Positions 9,647 to 18,222 of a DNA stretch of 20,000 nucleotides are shown here, in pieces. The notes under the pieces are model-generated. The model worked only from the letters and a program-made list of their open reading frames with translations. It was not told where the DNA came from and did no database searches. Origin of the DNA: Thraustochytrium aureum (lineage: Eukaryota); the NCBI GenBank assembly GCA_012862495.1, contig BLSG01000014.1:57478-77477 (forward strand). The letters run 5' to 3'. The translations under genes and the position numbers were made by a program. The first letter of the stretch is position 1. Each line of letters opens with the position of its first letter.

Positions 9647-10721
9647 TCAGCACGCCTTGGCCTTCTCCCCCGGCAAGTCGCCGGCTCCACGCATGAACGC
9701 CAAGGGCAACCCCACGGCGAAGGCGAGGCGAATCCACGGCAGCCCGAAAGAGGGGTCCAGAGCAGAGCTCGGCAGGCGCGCAGCGAGCACCATGTAAACC
9801 ACGAGTTCAGCAAGCATGATTGTGGCCCCAAGAAAGTCGCCGATCACGCCGCCGATAACCCCGGTCGCGTACTTGCCCGCGCTGAATACCAGAACGGGAA
9901 ATACGAGCCCAAGCAGCACGAGTCGGCTTGGCTCCACGAGGACAGCGCAGACAACAGCAGTGTACAATGTGCTCGCGAGAACCCGAGGCCAACTGAGAAG
10001 GCCAGCCTTGAGGCACCCGGCGAACGTGTTGTAAAGCAAGCCCTTGTCGTCTCCCTCGTCGTGAACGTACGGAAACGCCTTGGCGAGCCACACGGACGAA
10101 AGGCGGGCCAAGGTATGCGCGGCCACCATCGCCGATCGCGTCGCAGCAGCGTCGCCCAGCTCGCTGATCAGAGCAGTCTTGGCAATCATGCACAAACTCA
10201 CACCCACAACGGCATATGTGCCAACGCGCGAGTCTTTCATGATGGCCAGAATCTGCTTCCTGCCCCACCCCCCCGCCGAACGAGTCAAGCGTGTCAGCGA
10301 GGCCGTCCTCGTGGAAGCAACCGGTCAGCCACACGGTCATCAGCGTTGAACCCGCGGCGGCCACAGCGGGGCTCAGCACGGTGGCCAGCGCTTCAAACCA
10401 GAGCCCGCACCAGGCGCCGACTAAGCTCCCAATCACCACAAAGTAGGCCATGCCAGGCACGAGGTCGCTCGGCGCATGATCCACCCACTTGGGGCACGGC
10501 AGCCGCGTCAAGAACATGACAGCCACCAGGAACTTGCGCACCTCGCCGCCGACGACGCCGCTGGGGCCGCCGCGATCCGCTCCGCGGTTGACGCCGTCGC
10601 CTCGCGCGCGGACCTCCTCGCTCGCCACGACGCCGCCGCGCTTGGCAGGTGTTGCCGGAGCACCACCGGCACCGTCGACTTCGCCGGCGCTTGACTTTTT
10701 CAACGCGTTATTGACCGCCAT
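9647..10721 (-). CDS. cobS: Adenosylcobinamide-GDP ribazoletransferase (cobalamin 5'-phosphate synthase), one apparent frameshift in a 7-base homopolymer at 10268-10274
   Basis: One frame gives FLTRLP, YFVVIGSLVG and LTGCFHEDGLADTLDSFGG. Removing one G gives GGGWGRKQILAIMKDSRVGTYA, followed by further TM helices and the terminal IGGVIGDFLGATIMLAE, the CobS GG.TGD..GA...E motif. ATG is at 10721, but the frame stays open up to the N-gap. Confidence 0.93.
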
Positions 10722-10772
10722 CGCGCCACCCCGCCGCAGCCTACGCCACCGCGCAGTTCTGCCAGCCCGGTC

Positions 10773-11083
10773 NNNNNNNNNNNNNNNNNNNNNNNNNNNN
10801 NNNNNNNNNNNNNNNNNNNNNNNNNNNNNNNNNNNNNNNNNNNNNNNNNNNNNNNNNNNNNNNNNNNNNNNNNNNNNNNNNNNNNNNNNNNNNNNNNNNN
10901 NNNNNNNNNNNNNNNNNNNNNNNNNNNNNNNNNNNNNNNNNNNNNNNNNNNNNNNNNNNNNNNNNNNNNNNNNNNNNNNNNNNNNNNNNNNNNNNNNNNN
11001 NNNNNNNNNNNNNNNNNNNNNNNNNNNNNNNNNNNNNNNNNNNNNNNNNNNNNNNNNNNNNNNNNNNNNNNNNNNNNNNNNNN
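10773..11083. other. Assembly gap (N run)
   Basis: N run upstream of cobS. Confidence 0.99.
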
Positions 11084-11533
11084 CTTGAAGAGACTCGCTG
11101 TTCGACGTGTCGCCGTCGTCAATGGACCGAAGTCGAGCAAACAGATGCTGGGTTCGCTCGACGGCCGCTGCGCGCCCAGCAGATCCAGAACAGATTGACG
11201 AAGCTGGACGGAAAGCTTCGCTTGGGAAAATGATGCTGGCGGCGCTGACGTCGAGAGGGACCATGAAGCGGCTGGCTACTGGCCAGGCCAGGGGAAAGTC
11301 GGCCTCGCGGCTTTCGCTCCGCGCAACTGGCGTGCCCGGTGCAGGGGTAGCGGCACAGCAGAAAGGTGGCACAAGACCGGCTGGACTCCCTGGCCGCAGG
11401 CTCTTTGTGGCGCGGGGCCTGGCACACAAGGTTCTGTCGACAGGGAAACCGGCGCAGTTGGCCAACGAGCTGTTGCTTTCAGAAGGCACGCGGTTGGAGC
11501 GCTTGTGCGGTGTCCTCCAGCGATCGCATTGGC

Positions 11534-12520
11534 ATGAAAAGGCTAAACTACATCGTTCACGCCGCCAACGTGATCGGCCTTGCAGCAGTGTCGTGCGAAG
11601 ACATGCTGCATCTGCGCTTGCTGATGGTGGGTGGAACTCTCCTCTCGATCGTGTTCAACCTCGCGCAGCCGGTGCCGCTGCTTGCGCCGGCTGCGTGGGG
11701 GCTGGTGTTTGTTTCGGTGCACGCCTACCACATTGGGCTGATCTTGCTCGAGAAGCGCCATGTCCAGCTGAGCAAGCGTGAGGAGGACCTCTACGAGCGC
11801 GCGTTTTTGAAGTGTGGGTTTACGCCGCGTAGCTTTAAGCGCATCTTCAAGTTGAGCAAGGCTGAGTTCGAGTCAATCCCTGAAGGCGAGGTCATTGTGC
11901 GGCAGGGGTGGGGCGTGCAAAAGAATGTGTACATCCTGGACGGCACAGTCCAGATTTTGCACAATGACAACTTGATCAACACTGTCAAACACGACGGGTC
12001 CCGGGACGGCAGGCGCGGCGAGTGGCTGGGGCGCGCCTGGAACCGGGATCAGGACAAGAACAGCAATGAGCACTGGGCAGTCACTGCGCAGGCCATCACC
12101 CCGGTACAGCTTGTCCGGTTTGACAGGCGAGGTTTCTACGCGGCCATCAAAGAGGACGAGGCGCGAAAAGTCGCTGCCGACCGGCTTCAGATTGAGGACC
12201 TGTCAGGCAAGCTCCGCCACACTTCCAGCATGCACCGAGGGTTGGAGCAGGCGAAGCTTCAAAGGATTCGCGAGCTCGAGCAGCGCCTCGAGAGCCAAGA
12301 ACTGGAAGCGTACCGGGCGATGGTTTCTATTGCGCTTTCGGACGGCGTGCTCACCGAGGAGGAGGTGGAGCAGTGCACGAGCTACCGTCGCCGTCACAAC
12401 ATTTCGGACGAGGCGCACGCGGAGATGCTGGAGACGCTCGGTTGGAAGGGCCCGCTCAGAGCCTCCAATCAAGTTGTGCCGGCAATCGCGACTCACGACT
12501 CGGCGCGAGGAGACGTGTAG
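11534..12520 (+). CDS. Popeye domain-containing (POPDC) membrane protein: 3 TM + cyclic-nucleotide-binding-like domain + coiled coil + C-terminal helical module; start uncertain
   Basis: HAANVIGL..EDMLHLRLL...P...WGLVF...H...LLEKRHVQLSKREEDLYERAF...FTPRSFKRI matches the Popeye TM/linker pattern. This is followed by the CNBD-like GEVIVRQG..YILDGTVQI and VTAQAITPVQLVRFDR. Confidence 0.8.
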   Translation: MKRLNYIVHAANVIGLAAVSCEDMLHLRLLMVGGTLLSIVFNLAQPVPLLAPAAWGLVFVSVHAYHIGLILLEKRHVQLSKREEDLYERAFLKCGFTPRSFKRIFKLSKAEFESIPEGEVIVRQGWGVQKNVYILDGTVQILHNDNLINTVKHDGSRDGRRGEWLGRAWNRDQDKNSNEHWAVTAQAITPVQLVRFDRRGFYAAIKEDEARKVAADRLQIEDLSGKLRHTSSMHRGLEQAKLQRIRELEQRLESQELEAYRAMVSIALSDGVLTEEEVEQCTSYRRRHNISDEAHAEMLETLGWKGPLRASNQVVPAIATHDSARGDV

Positions 12521-12552
12521 ACTGTAGCTTGGAAGCCAAAGTAGAGACTACG

Positions 12553-12580
12553 CGGGCGGGCGGGCGGGCGGGCGGGCGGG
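12553..12580 (+). repeat. (CGGG)7 microsatellite, potential G-quadruplex
   Basis: Read directly from the sequence just downstream of the Popeye stop codon. Confidence 0.9.
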
Positions 12581-12689
12581 CAAGCTACCCCGCGGAATGT
12601 GCTGCATTGACATAACAAGTCCAGATTCAAGCCTCATTTTCTTGCCGGTAAACGCGTCTCACCTATTGCCAGAGGCTCTACGACACGGG

Positions 12690-12767
12690 CTCGAGACACT
12701 GGGAGACAGCGAAAACGAGGAACGGGTTCTCGAGACACTGGGAGACAGCGAAAACGAGGAACGGGTT
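12690..12767. repeat. Perfect 39-bp direct tandem duplication
   Basis: CTCGAGACACTGGGAGACAGCGAAAACGAGGAACGGGTT occurs at 12690-12728 and again at 12729-12767. Confidence 0.95.
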
Positions 12768-12913
12768 GGCGTTCCGTTTGGCTGACGGGTTTGAGAGGGA
12801 GCGGCCGGTGCGGTGGCTGCCATCTTACCGTGCGGGAAAGAACCAAATCAGATTGGTCTGTGAGCCTTCTCGGCGCATCTCCTCGGCAAACCCACAAGTT
12901 TCTCGTTCCGCAA

Positions 12914-14011
12914 CTAGATGCTGAGCGCCGCAAAGACAGGTGGTGCGACAAGCAAGATGATGAGCGGTACCTGGAAAAAGCGGAAAAAGCGGAGCACCAG
13001 AGCGAGCAGAATTGACCTCGGCTCGACCGCCTTCTCAAAGGCTCGGACACCAAAGAAGCACCCCAAAAGCACGGCAAGACCCACCACGAGCCGCGCAAGT
13101 CCCGCCGTTGCGCTTTTCGGCATCTCAAAGCCCTCGCCGCGGTAAAAGTACGTCTCCCCAACCGTGAGACCTCCCAATACGCCAGTCATGCCAATGTAGG
13201 CCAGGTATGGCACGCGGTGTGGCTGCAAGGGCTGGCCCTTGAGCACCTTGCGGACGTTGTCGGACCAGACCGCGTCCAGCGGCGCGCCTTCGACCGCGTG
13301 GTAGCACATTACCACAGCCGCCACAACGACGGCAACCGCTGCCAGACCAGCACCAATAACCTGCACGGCCGGGCCTCGCTGCAGAAAATTGCTCGCGTGC
13401 GCTACCTGAAGCGCCACCAAGAGGCCGTGACCCAGCGCTGTGCCAAGCAGGGACCCAACTGCCACGTCGTGCGGATAGTGCATGCCTTCATAGACGCGCG
13501 AGAACGCGACCATGCTGGCCACCGCGTACGGCACGCCGCTCTGCAACTCGTGCGCAAAGTAGACCGCCAAGCTAAAGCTGATCATGCTGTGAGAGGAAGG
13601 GAACGAGTACTCGTGGCTGAGGCCCATCTGCACCACCGACTTGTCGACCCAACCAGGGCGTGGCGAGCGGAATCTCCACTTGATAAGACCATTCAGAATC
13701 TCGGCAACAGGGACCAGCCAGATCCCCTCAGTGCCCCACCGGTTGGAAACGCACCAGTTGAGCAGCGCGAAGAGGACCACAAGCCCATCGCCTGTGCAGG
13801 CCTCGCCGAGCGCAAGCATCAGCACTCGAAACCCCGCAAACCGCACATGCGTCTGCAGCGGCACCATTATGTACCGCCTCTCCGCCTGCTTGAGCTGTGC
13901 CACCCACCCTCGCACTCCGGGCTGCACGTTGGTGGCAGGTTCGCGCAGTGCCGCCGCGCTGCCCTTGCCGGTGGCCATGGGTTGTGCGCTTTTCCCCACC
14001 TCTGGTGCCAT
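12914..14011 (-). CDS. PAP2 superfamily integral-membrane phosphatase
   Basis: All three PAP2 motifs are present: KWRFRSPRP (KX6RP), FPSSH (PSGH variant) and SRVYEGMHYPHD (SRX5HX3D). There are multiple TM helices, including a C-terminal extension. Confidence 0.92.
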   Translation of the reverse strand: MAPEVGKSAQPMATGKGSAAALREPATNVQPGVRGWVAQLKQAERRYIMVPLQTHVRFAGFRVLMLALGEACTGDGLVVLFALLNWCVSNRWGTEGIWLVPVAEILNGLIKWRFRSPRPGWVDKSVVQMGLSHEYSFPSSHSMISFSLAVYFAHELQSGVPYAVASMVAFSRVYEGMHYPHDVAVGSLLGTALGHGLLVALQVAHASNFLQRGPAVQVIGAGLAAVAVVVAAVVMCYHAVEGAPLDAVWSDNVRKVLKGQPLQPHRVPYLAYIGMTGVLGGLTVGETYFYRGEGFEMPKSATAGLARLVVGLAVLLGCFFGVRAFEKAVEPRSILLALVLRFFRFFQVPLIILLVAPPVFAALSI

Positions 14012-15599
14012 GCGCTTGCGCCCCGAACCCGCCGCCGCCTGTGTGCCGCGCGCGCTGTGTTTGCAATAGGCGCCTTGCTAGCAGCGCCGCTGGAGTCAGG
14101 CCCTGGCAACTAACTGCAGGTGTCGCTGCGTGCGGTGCTCGAGGTCGACCAGCGTGTTCAACTACCCATCGCGCACACGGCGTTGCTCTGCTTCGCTGTG
14201 GCGGAACGAAAGATAGGTCACGAATTCGACCGCTCGGCGCTATTTGTTTTGGTAGGTGGACACGTGCTAAAATTGCGGGCTAACAGCGGGAGGTCGAAGC
14301 CTGATTCCAGGGCTGCGCGCTCAGCGGATGATCCAACTCTCCGTGGCCTCAGGGCTTGAATCTATTTGCAGGATCTCGTGCCGTCTACCGGACACACAAT
14401 CACAACTCTCGAGCTTGACCGAGACAGGCGACTTCAAAGTTTGTCGTCAAGGTTGTGTCGAGCTTGACATGTTAAAAAATGGCTGCCTTTTTGGCACCCT
14501 GTTCGAGCGTTGGATCTTCACTCACACCTGTCGCGTCCCGAGGAAGAGGGCGTCGGCTCGGATTCCGGTTTCGGCGTTTCTTCATTGGCGTCCTCGTGTC
14601 CGCCCGCCGAAACAATCTTCTCCGCGCCACGCCTGCGGCGACTAACCTCGAAGGGGGTGTGAAACGCGTTGTTGTTCAATACAGCCGCGGAGGTGGCGCC
14701 GGTTTGAGTGCGGCGCGAGCGGCCTGGGCTGGCAATCCCGCTTCACACCAGCAAGCGGGAGTCAGGCGTCGGGGGAGCTCTCGCGCTTCAGGGAAGGAGG
14801 ACTAGCTTGTATCGGCTCCTTGGTAGCCTGCGATCTCCTGCTTGCAGACGCACTTGGTCAAGTGGCTGCCAGACGCCGCGCGGAGGATCTGAACTGACGC
14901 TGCATCACCCGCGGTCTCGTGCACTCCGTTCGGCAGGTTCCGTCGCCCTTGAAGGTCCTGTGGGGAGTTTGAGACCCGTGGCGAGGGCCGGAGGCCTCGT
15001 GGAAAGAAGAAACCGTTTATTCGTTCACCCAGAGCCAGGCTCAGCGGATCCTAAATGCCAGCTCTTCCCAGAGGAGGCTAACCACCGGTCACTCGGATCC
15101 GACGGTGCAGAGGACAACTCGCGGCCTGGCTGGGTCTGTTCGCGCAACGAGCAACAGCGATTACGTGTTCTTTCAGCTCGTTGTGGTCACCGTTGGACCC
15201 GGCGTTGGTGCACAAAAAATACGAATTTGACTTGCTTTTGGGCTGGCCTCGCACTGGGTTTGGTGGCGCGATGAAAAGTTGTTTGACTGCGTTCGGGACC
15301 CTCTCTGTTTTGTCTCCCCAGCGCCATCCTTGCCAGCTACTCTAGCTAGCTCTCTCTGCTACGAGCTGCGTTGTTTTGGCAGGTTCGTTCTCCCGCTCCT
15401 CTGCGACATGCGCTTTGCCTTGGGTGTAGGTGGTCGGGGGTGAGAGGGAAGGAGGTGGCGCAGCCAGAAGGAGTACCTACTGCTGGCTTGGCAAATTGGC
15501 CTACTCTTGCTGTTGACGCTCTGCTCTCTCTCTACCCCACAGACACCGAGCCGCCGCGGTCGAGCCGGTCGAGCCTGCATTGACAGTGCGGCGCTCGCG

Positions 15600-17156
15600 A
15601 TGCAGCTGGCTTACTGGGCGGCGTTTAATGCGCTATGGACTGTGGCTTTGCTGCTGCTGAGCGCCTCGAGCTCGACGACGTTCACGCCTGCTTATCTTGT
15701 GGAAGGTTTCATGCCAGCAGCAGACACCGCTGGGCCGACGGCAGGGACTGCCGCTCCGGTAGGGGCTGCCGCTCTGGTAGAGACTGCGGTTGCTCCGGTT
15801 GTGACTGCTGCTCCGGTAGGGACTGCGGCCGCTCCGGTTGAGAACGCCGCCCTGGAAGACTCTGCGGCCGCCCGAGCAAGGGATGGCACTCCTCCGGCAG
15901 GGGCTGCCGCTCAAACGGTCACTGCTGCCGCCGCTCCGGGAGTAGGCTCTTCTACCAACCAAGAAGCCCAATCGGCGCGCTCTCAGCGAGTCGGGCCGCT
16001 AGATGAATCAAAAGAGTTAGTTCGCGCTGACATCGTTTGTTGCGGGTACGGTGACAGAATCAAATACGTCCACGAAAACTTGGCTCGCGAGAAGGTTGTC
16101 GCGATTGACATGGGGCCATGCCAAGGAGCAGCCAACGTGTGGTCGCACTTGTTCAGCAGGATGCCGCAAGTGCAGCTTGGCGCGAACTGCAGCATTCAGG
16201 CTATCCCACAAAGCAGCTCTGTGAAGCACGAGTATGTGGTGTCCGTGGCCTCCAGCCGCGTGCGTCCCGCACATGCCTACAGGTTTGGTGAGTGCAAACC
16301 CAAAAAAGTCCCAGCCCTGGGCAAACTCAAGCTCGACCCTTTTGTATCCGACGACGCAACCGTTTTCAAGTCACTCAGCTGTCCGTTCGCAGCAGAGCTG
16401 GCCATCAGCATGCAGCGAGGCGTCAGCCCGTTTTTGCAGCAAGGGGTCGACGATTTCAAGCGGGCACACGGCTGGGGTGCAGAAAACAGCCAACTCAAGG
16501 TCGTCGCTTGGCACCTCAGGCACGGCAACGTCAACGCGAGCACCGCAGGTGCCGACAGAGACTTTGCAAAGAAGGAGAGGGCAAAAGCTATGCACGACGA
16601 CCTTGACGGATACCTTCGCGGCTACCTTGAGGAAATCGGGAAGATGGCGGCGCAGCGCGGGTGGGGCGACAACTACAAGGTGTTTGTGGCTTCCGACACC
16701 AAATTCGTCTCCGAGCGCGTCAAAGAACTCGGCTCGGGCAGAGTAGTTTTCAGGGACGATGCGTTCTTCCCGGTGAGCGGCCACCCCTTGANNNNNNNNN
16801 NNNNNNNNNNNNNNNNNNNNNNNNNNNNNNNNNNNNNNNNNNNNNNNNNNNNNNNNNNNNNNNNNNNNNNNNNNNNNNNNNNNNNNNNNNNNNNNNNNNN
16901 NNNNNNNNNNNNNNNNNNNNNNNNNNNNNNNNNNNNNNNNNNNCTCATGTGGTTTGAAGACCCGATCAGAGACCTGCTGCTTCTAGGGGACGCTGATCTG
17001 CTCTTGTCCTCCAACCCCTCGGGCTTTGTGCTTTTTCCGGCCATCCTCTCACTCCAACGCGGAAAAGAGTTTTGCAGGCACCCGCCAAAGAGCAGAACGC
17101 CCTCGACACGTTTCAGCATTTCGTGCTGGAGCACAGAGCGTCAGATGTTTCTCTAA
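15600..17156 (+). CDS. Type II membrane glycosyltransferase of the alpha-1,2/alpha-1,6/O-fucosyltransferase superfamily (putative); contains an N-gap
   Basis: An N-terminal hydrophobic anchor is followed by an Ala/Thr/Pro stem. Then come CCGYGDRI, motif I VVAWHLRHGN, motif II KVFVASD and motif III DLLLLGDADLLLSSNPSGF, in the order expected for GDP-fucose-binding GT-B enzymes. Confidence 0.7.
   Translation: MQLAYWAAFNALWTVALLLLSASSSTTFTPAYLVEGFMPAADTAGPTAGTAAPVGAAALVETAVAPVVTAAPVGTAAAPVENAALEDSAAARARDGTPPAGAAAQTVTAAAAPGVGSSTNQEAQSARSQRVGPLDESKELVRADIVCCGYGDRIKYVHENLAREKVVAIDMGPCQGAANVWSHLFSRMPQVQLGANCSIQAIPQSSSVKHEYVVSVASSRVRPAHAYRFGECKPKKVPALGKLKLDPFVSDDATVFKSLSCPFAAELAISMQRGVSPFLQQGVDDFKRAHGWGAENSQLKVVAWHLRHGNVNASTAGADRDFAKKERAKAMHDDLDGYLRGYLEEIGKMAAQRGWGDNYKVFVASDTKFVSERVKELGSGRVVFRDDAFFPVSGHPLXXXXXXXXXXXXXXXXXXXXXXXXXXXXXXXXXXXXXXXXXXXXXXXXXXXLMWFEDPIRDLLLLGDADLLLSSNPSGFVLFPAILSLQRGKEFCRHPPKSRTPSTRFSISCWSTERQMFL
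15744..15843 (+). repeat. Degenerate coding repeats (TAAPVG-like) in the glycosyltransferase stem
   Basis: Recurrent (G)ACTGC(N)GCTCCGGT units encode GTAAPVG / AAALVE / TAVAPVV / TAAPVG / TAAAPVE. Confidence 0.7.
16792..16943. other. Assembly gap (N run)
   Basis: N run inside the putative fucosyltransferase. Confidence 0.99.
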
Positions 17157-18222
17157 ACGTTTTCAGCGTGGACAAGAGAGCTGGTGTTCGCGCCCCGTTT
17201 CGTCGCTGGCATTGTAGTTGAAGGGTACGGCTTGGCAAAGACAAGGCTTGGTCTTCTTGAGTTTGGGAATTGCTTTGGTCAAGAGGTTTTATGTTGATGC
17301 CATCTTGATGAAGCCGCGGTGTCGTCAGCATGGCATCTATGGGCAAGGGTGGATCGGTCGTGGCCTGCCCAATCGCAGCGCGCGCGTGTGCTGCCGGGCC
17401 AATCACCGCGCTCCCCGTGACGCCTTACCAACCACATTATGCACGCACAGGGGAGCGGCAGACCAACAACACAGCCACGGGAGCAAACGGGAGCAATGGA
17501 GGCGGCAGAGGCTTGCAGGTCGCAGGACGGCGTCGAACTGGTGCTTGCGAGCTTGGCGGCGCTGGTGGAGGGCGCGCTGGTGTTCCACAACGGTTACGAA
17601 CGGACGGTCGTGTCCGTGGGAGCCGACGGAAAAGTGAAACCTCAGTACCCAGGCTAAACGGTCCTGATCCCGTTTGGCGTTGCCGAAAAGTGCACGTTCT
17701 CCATGAAAGTTGGGTTTTTTTCGTTTCGAACCCGAGTCGCCCAGTGCCGGCGTTGCAGCACCAGCAATCCGTTGCCGATCGTCTCAAGACCTCCCAGAGC
17801 TCTTCAATGTATACCAGTCGAAGCTCCCAAACCGAATTTATCGAAGAGGTCTTCATACTCGCTTCACTGTTGATGTTGTCCTGTCGGGGTGTCCACATGG
17901 TCGTGGAATAGGCAAAACCCCATCCAACTCGCATGAAGATCCGCCGCATTTGTACAGGCAGAAATGCAATAGGCAAGTTGTACGGATTAGAAAGGACACT
18001 TGTGCAGCAGATGGTCGACAGGCATGACCTCGTGGCCATGCAGGGCTCCGCCCTGGGAACTGCCACATGAAAGTCGTCTGTGTTACATTCTTTTTGTTCT
18101 TTTAATACTTTAAGGTTGCTGTGGTACGATCGATCAGCGGTGGTAACAACCCAACCAAATTTTCAGATGAAAGAAGCTAGCCAGCGCAGGCGTTGAAGCC
18201 GCTGAGGACGTGCAAGACACGA

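Noticed and set aside
9197..10519. 440-aa plus-strand ORF and other long antisense/alternate-frame ORFs (e.g. 3250-4179, 13217-14113, 7133-8560)
   Set aside because: These are shadow ORFs of real GC-rich genes or are artificially extended through N runs.
12690..12767. 39-bp direct repeat as a CRISPR array
   Set aside because: There are only two copies, directly abutting with no spacer, no cas genes, and the context is eukaryotic.
14012..15599. Short ORFs or a possible degenerate mobile element in the 1.6-kb divergent intergenic region
   Set aside because: No recognisable domain, terminal repeat or target-site duplication was seen. The ORFs are short, mostly non-ATG and interrupted.
17157..18222. 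Overlapping 60-200 aa ORFs between the two glycan-related genes
   Set aside because: There are no recognisable motifs and no consistent frame. This could be a decayed gene, but that cannot be supported.
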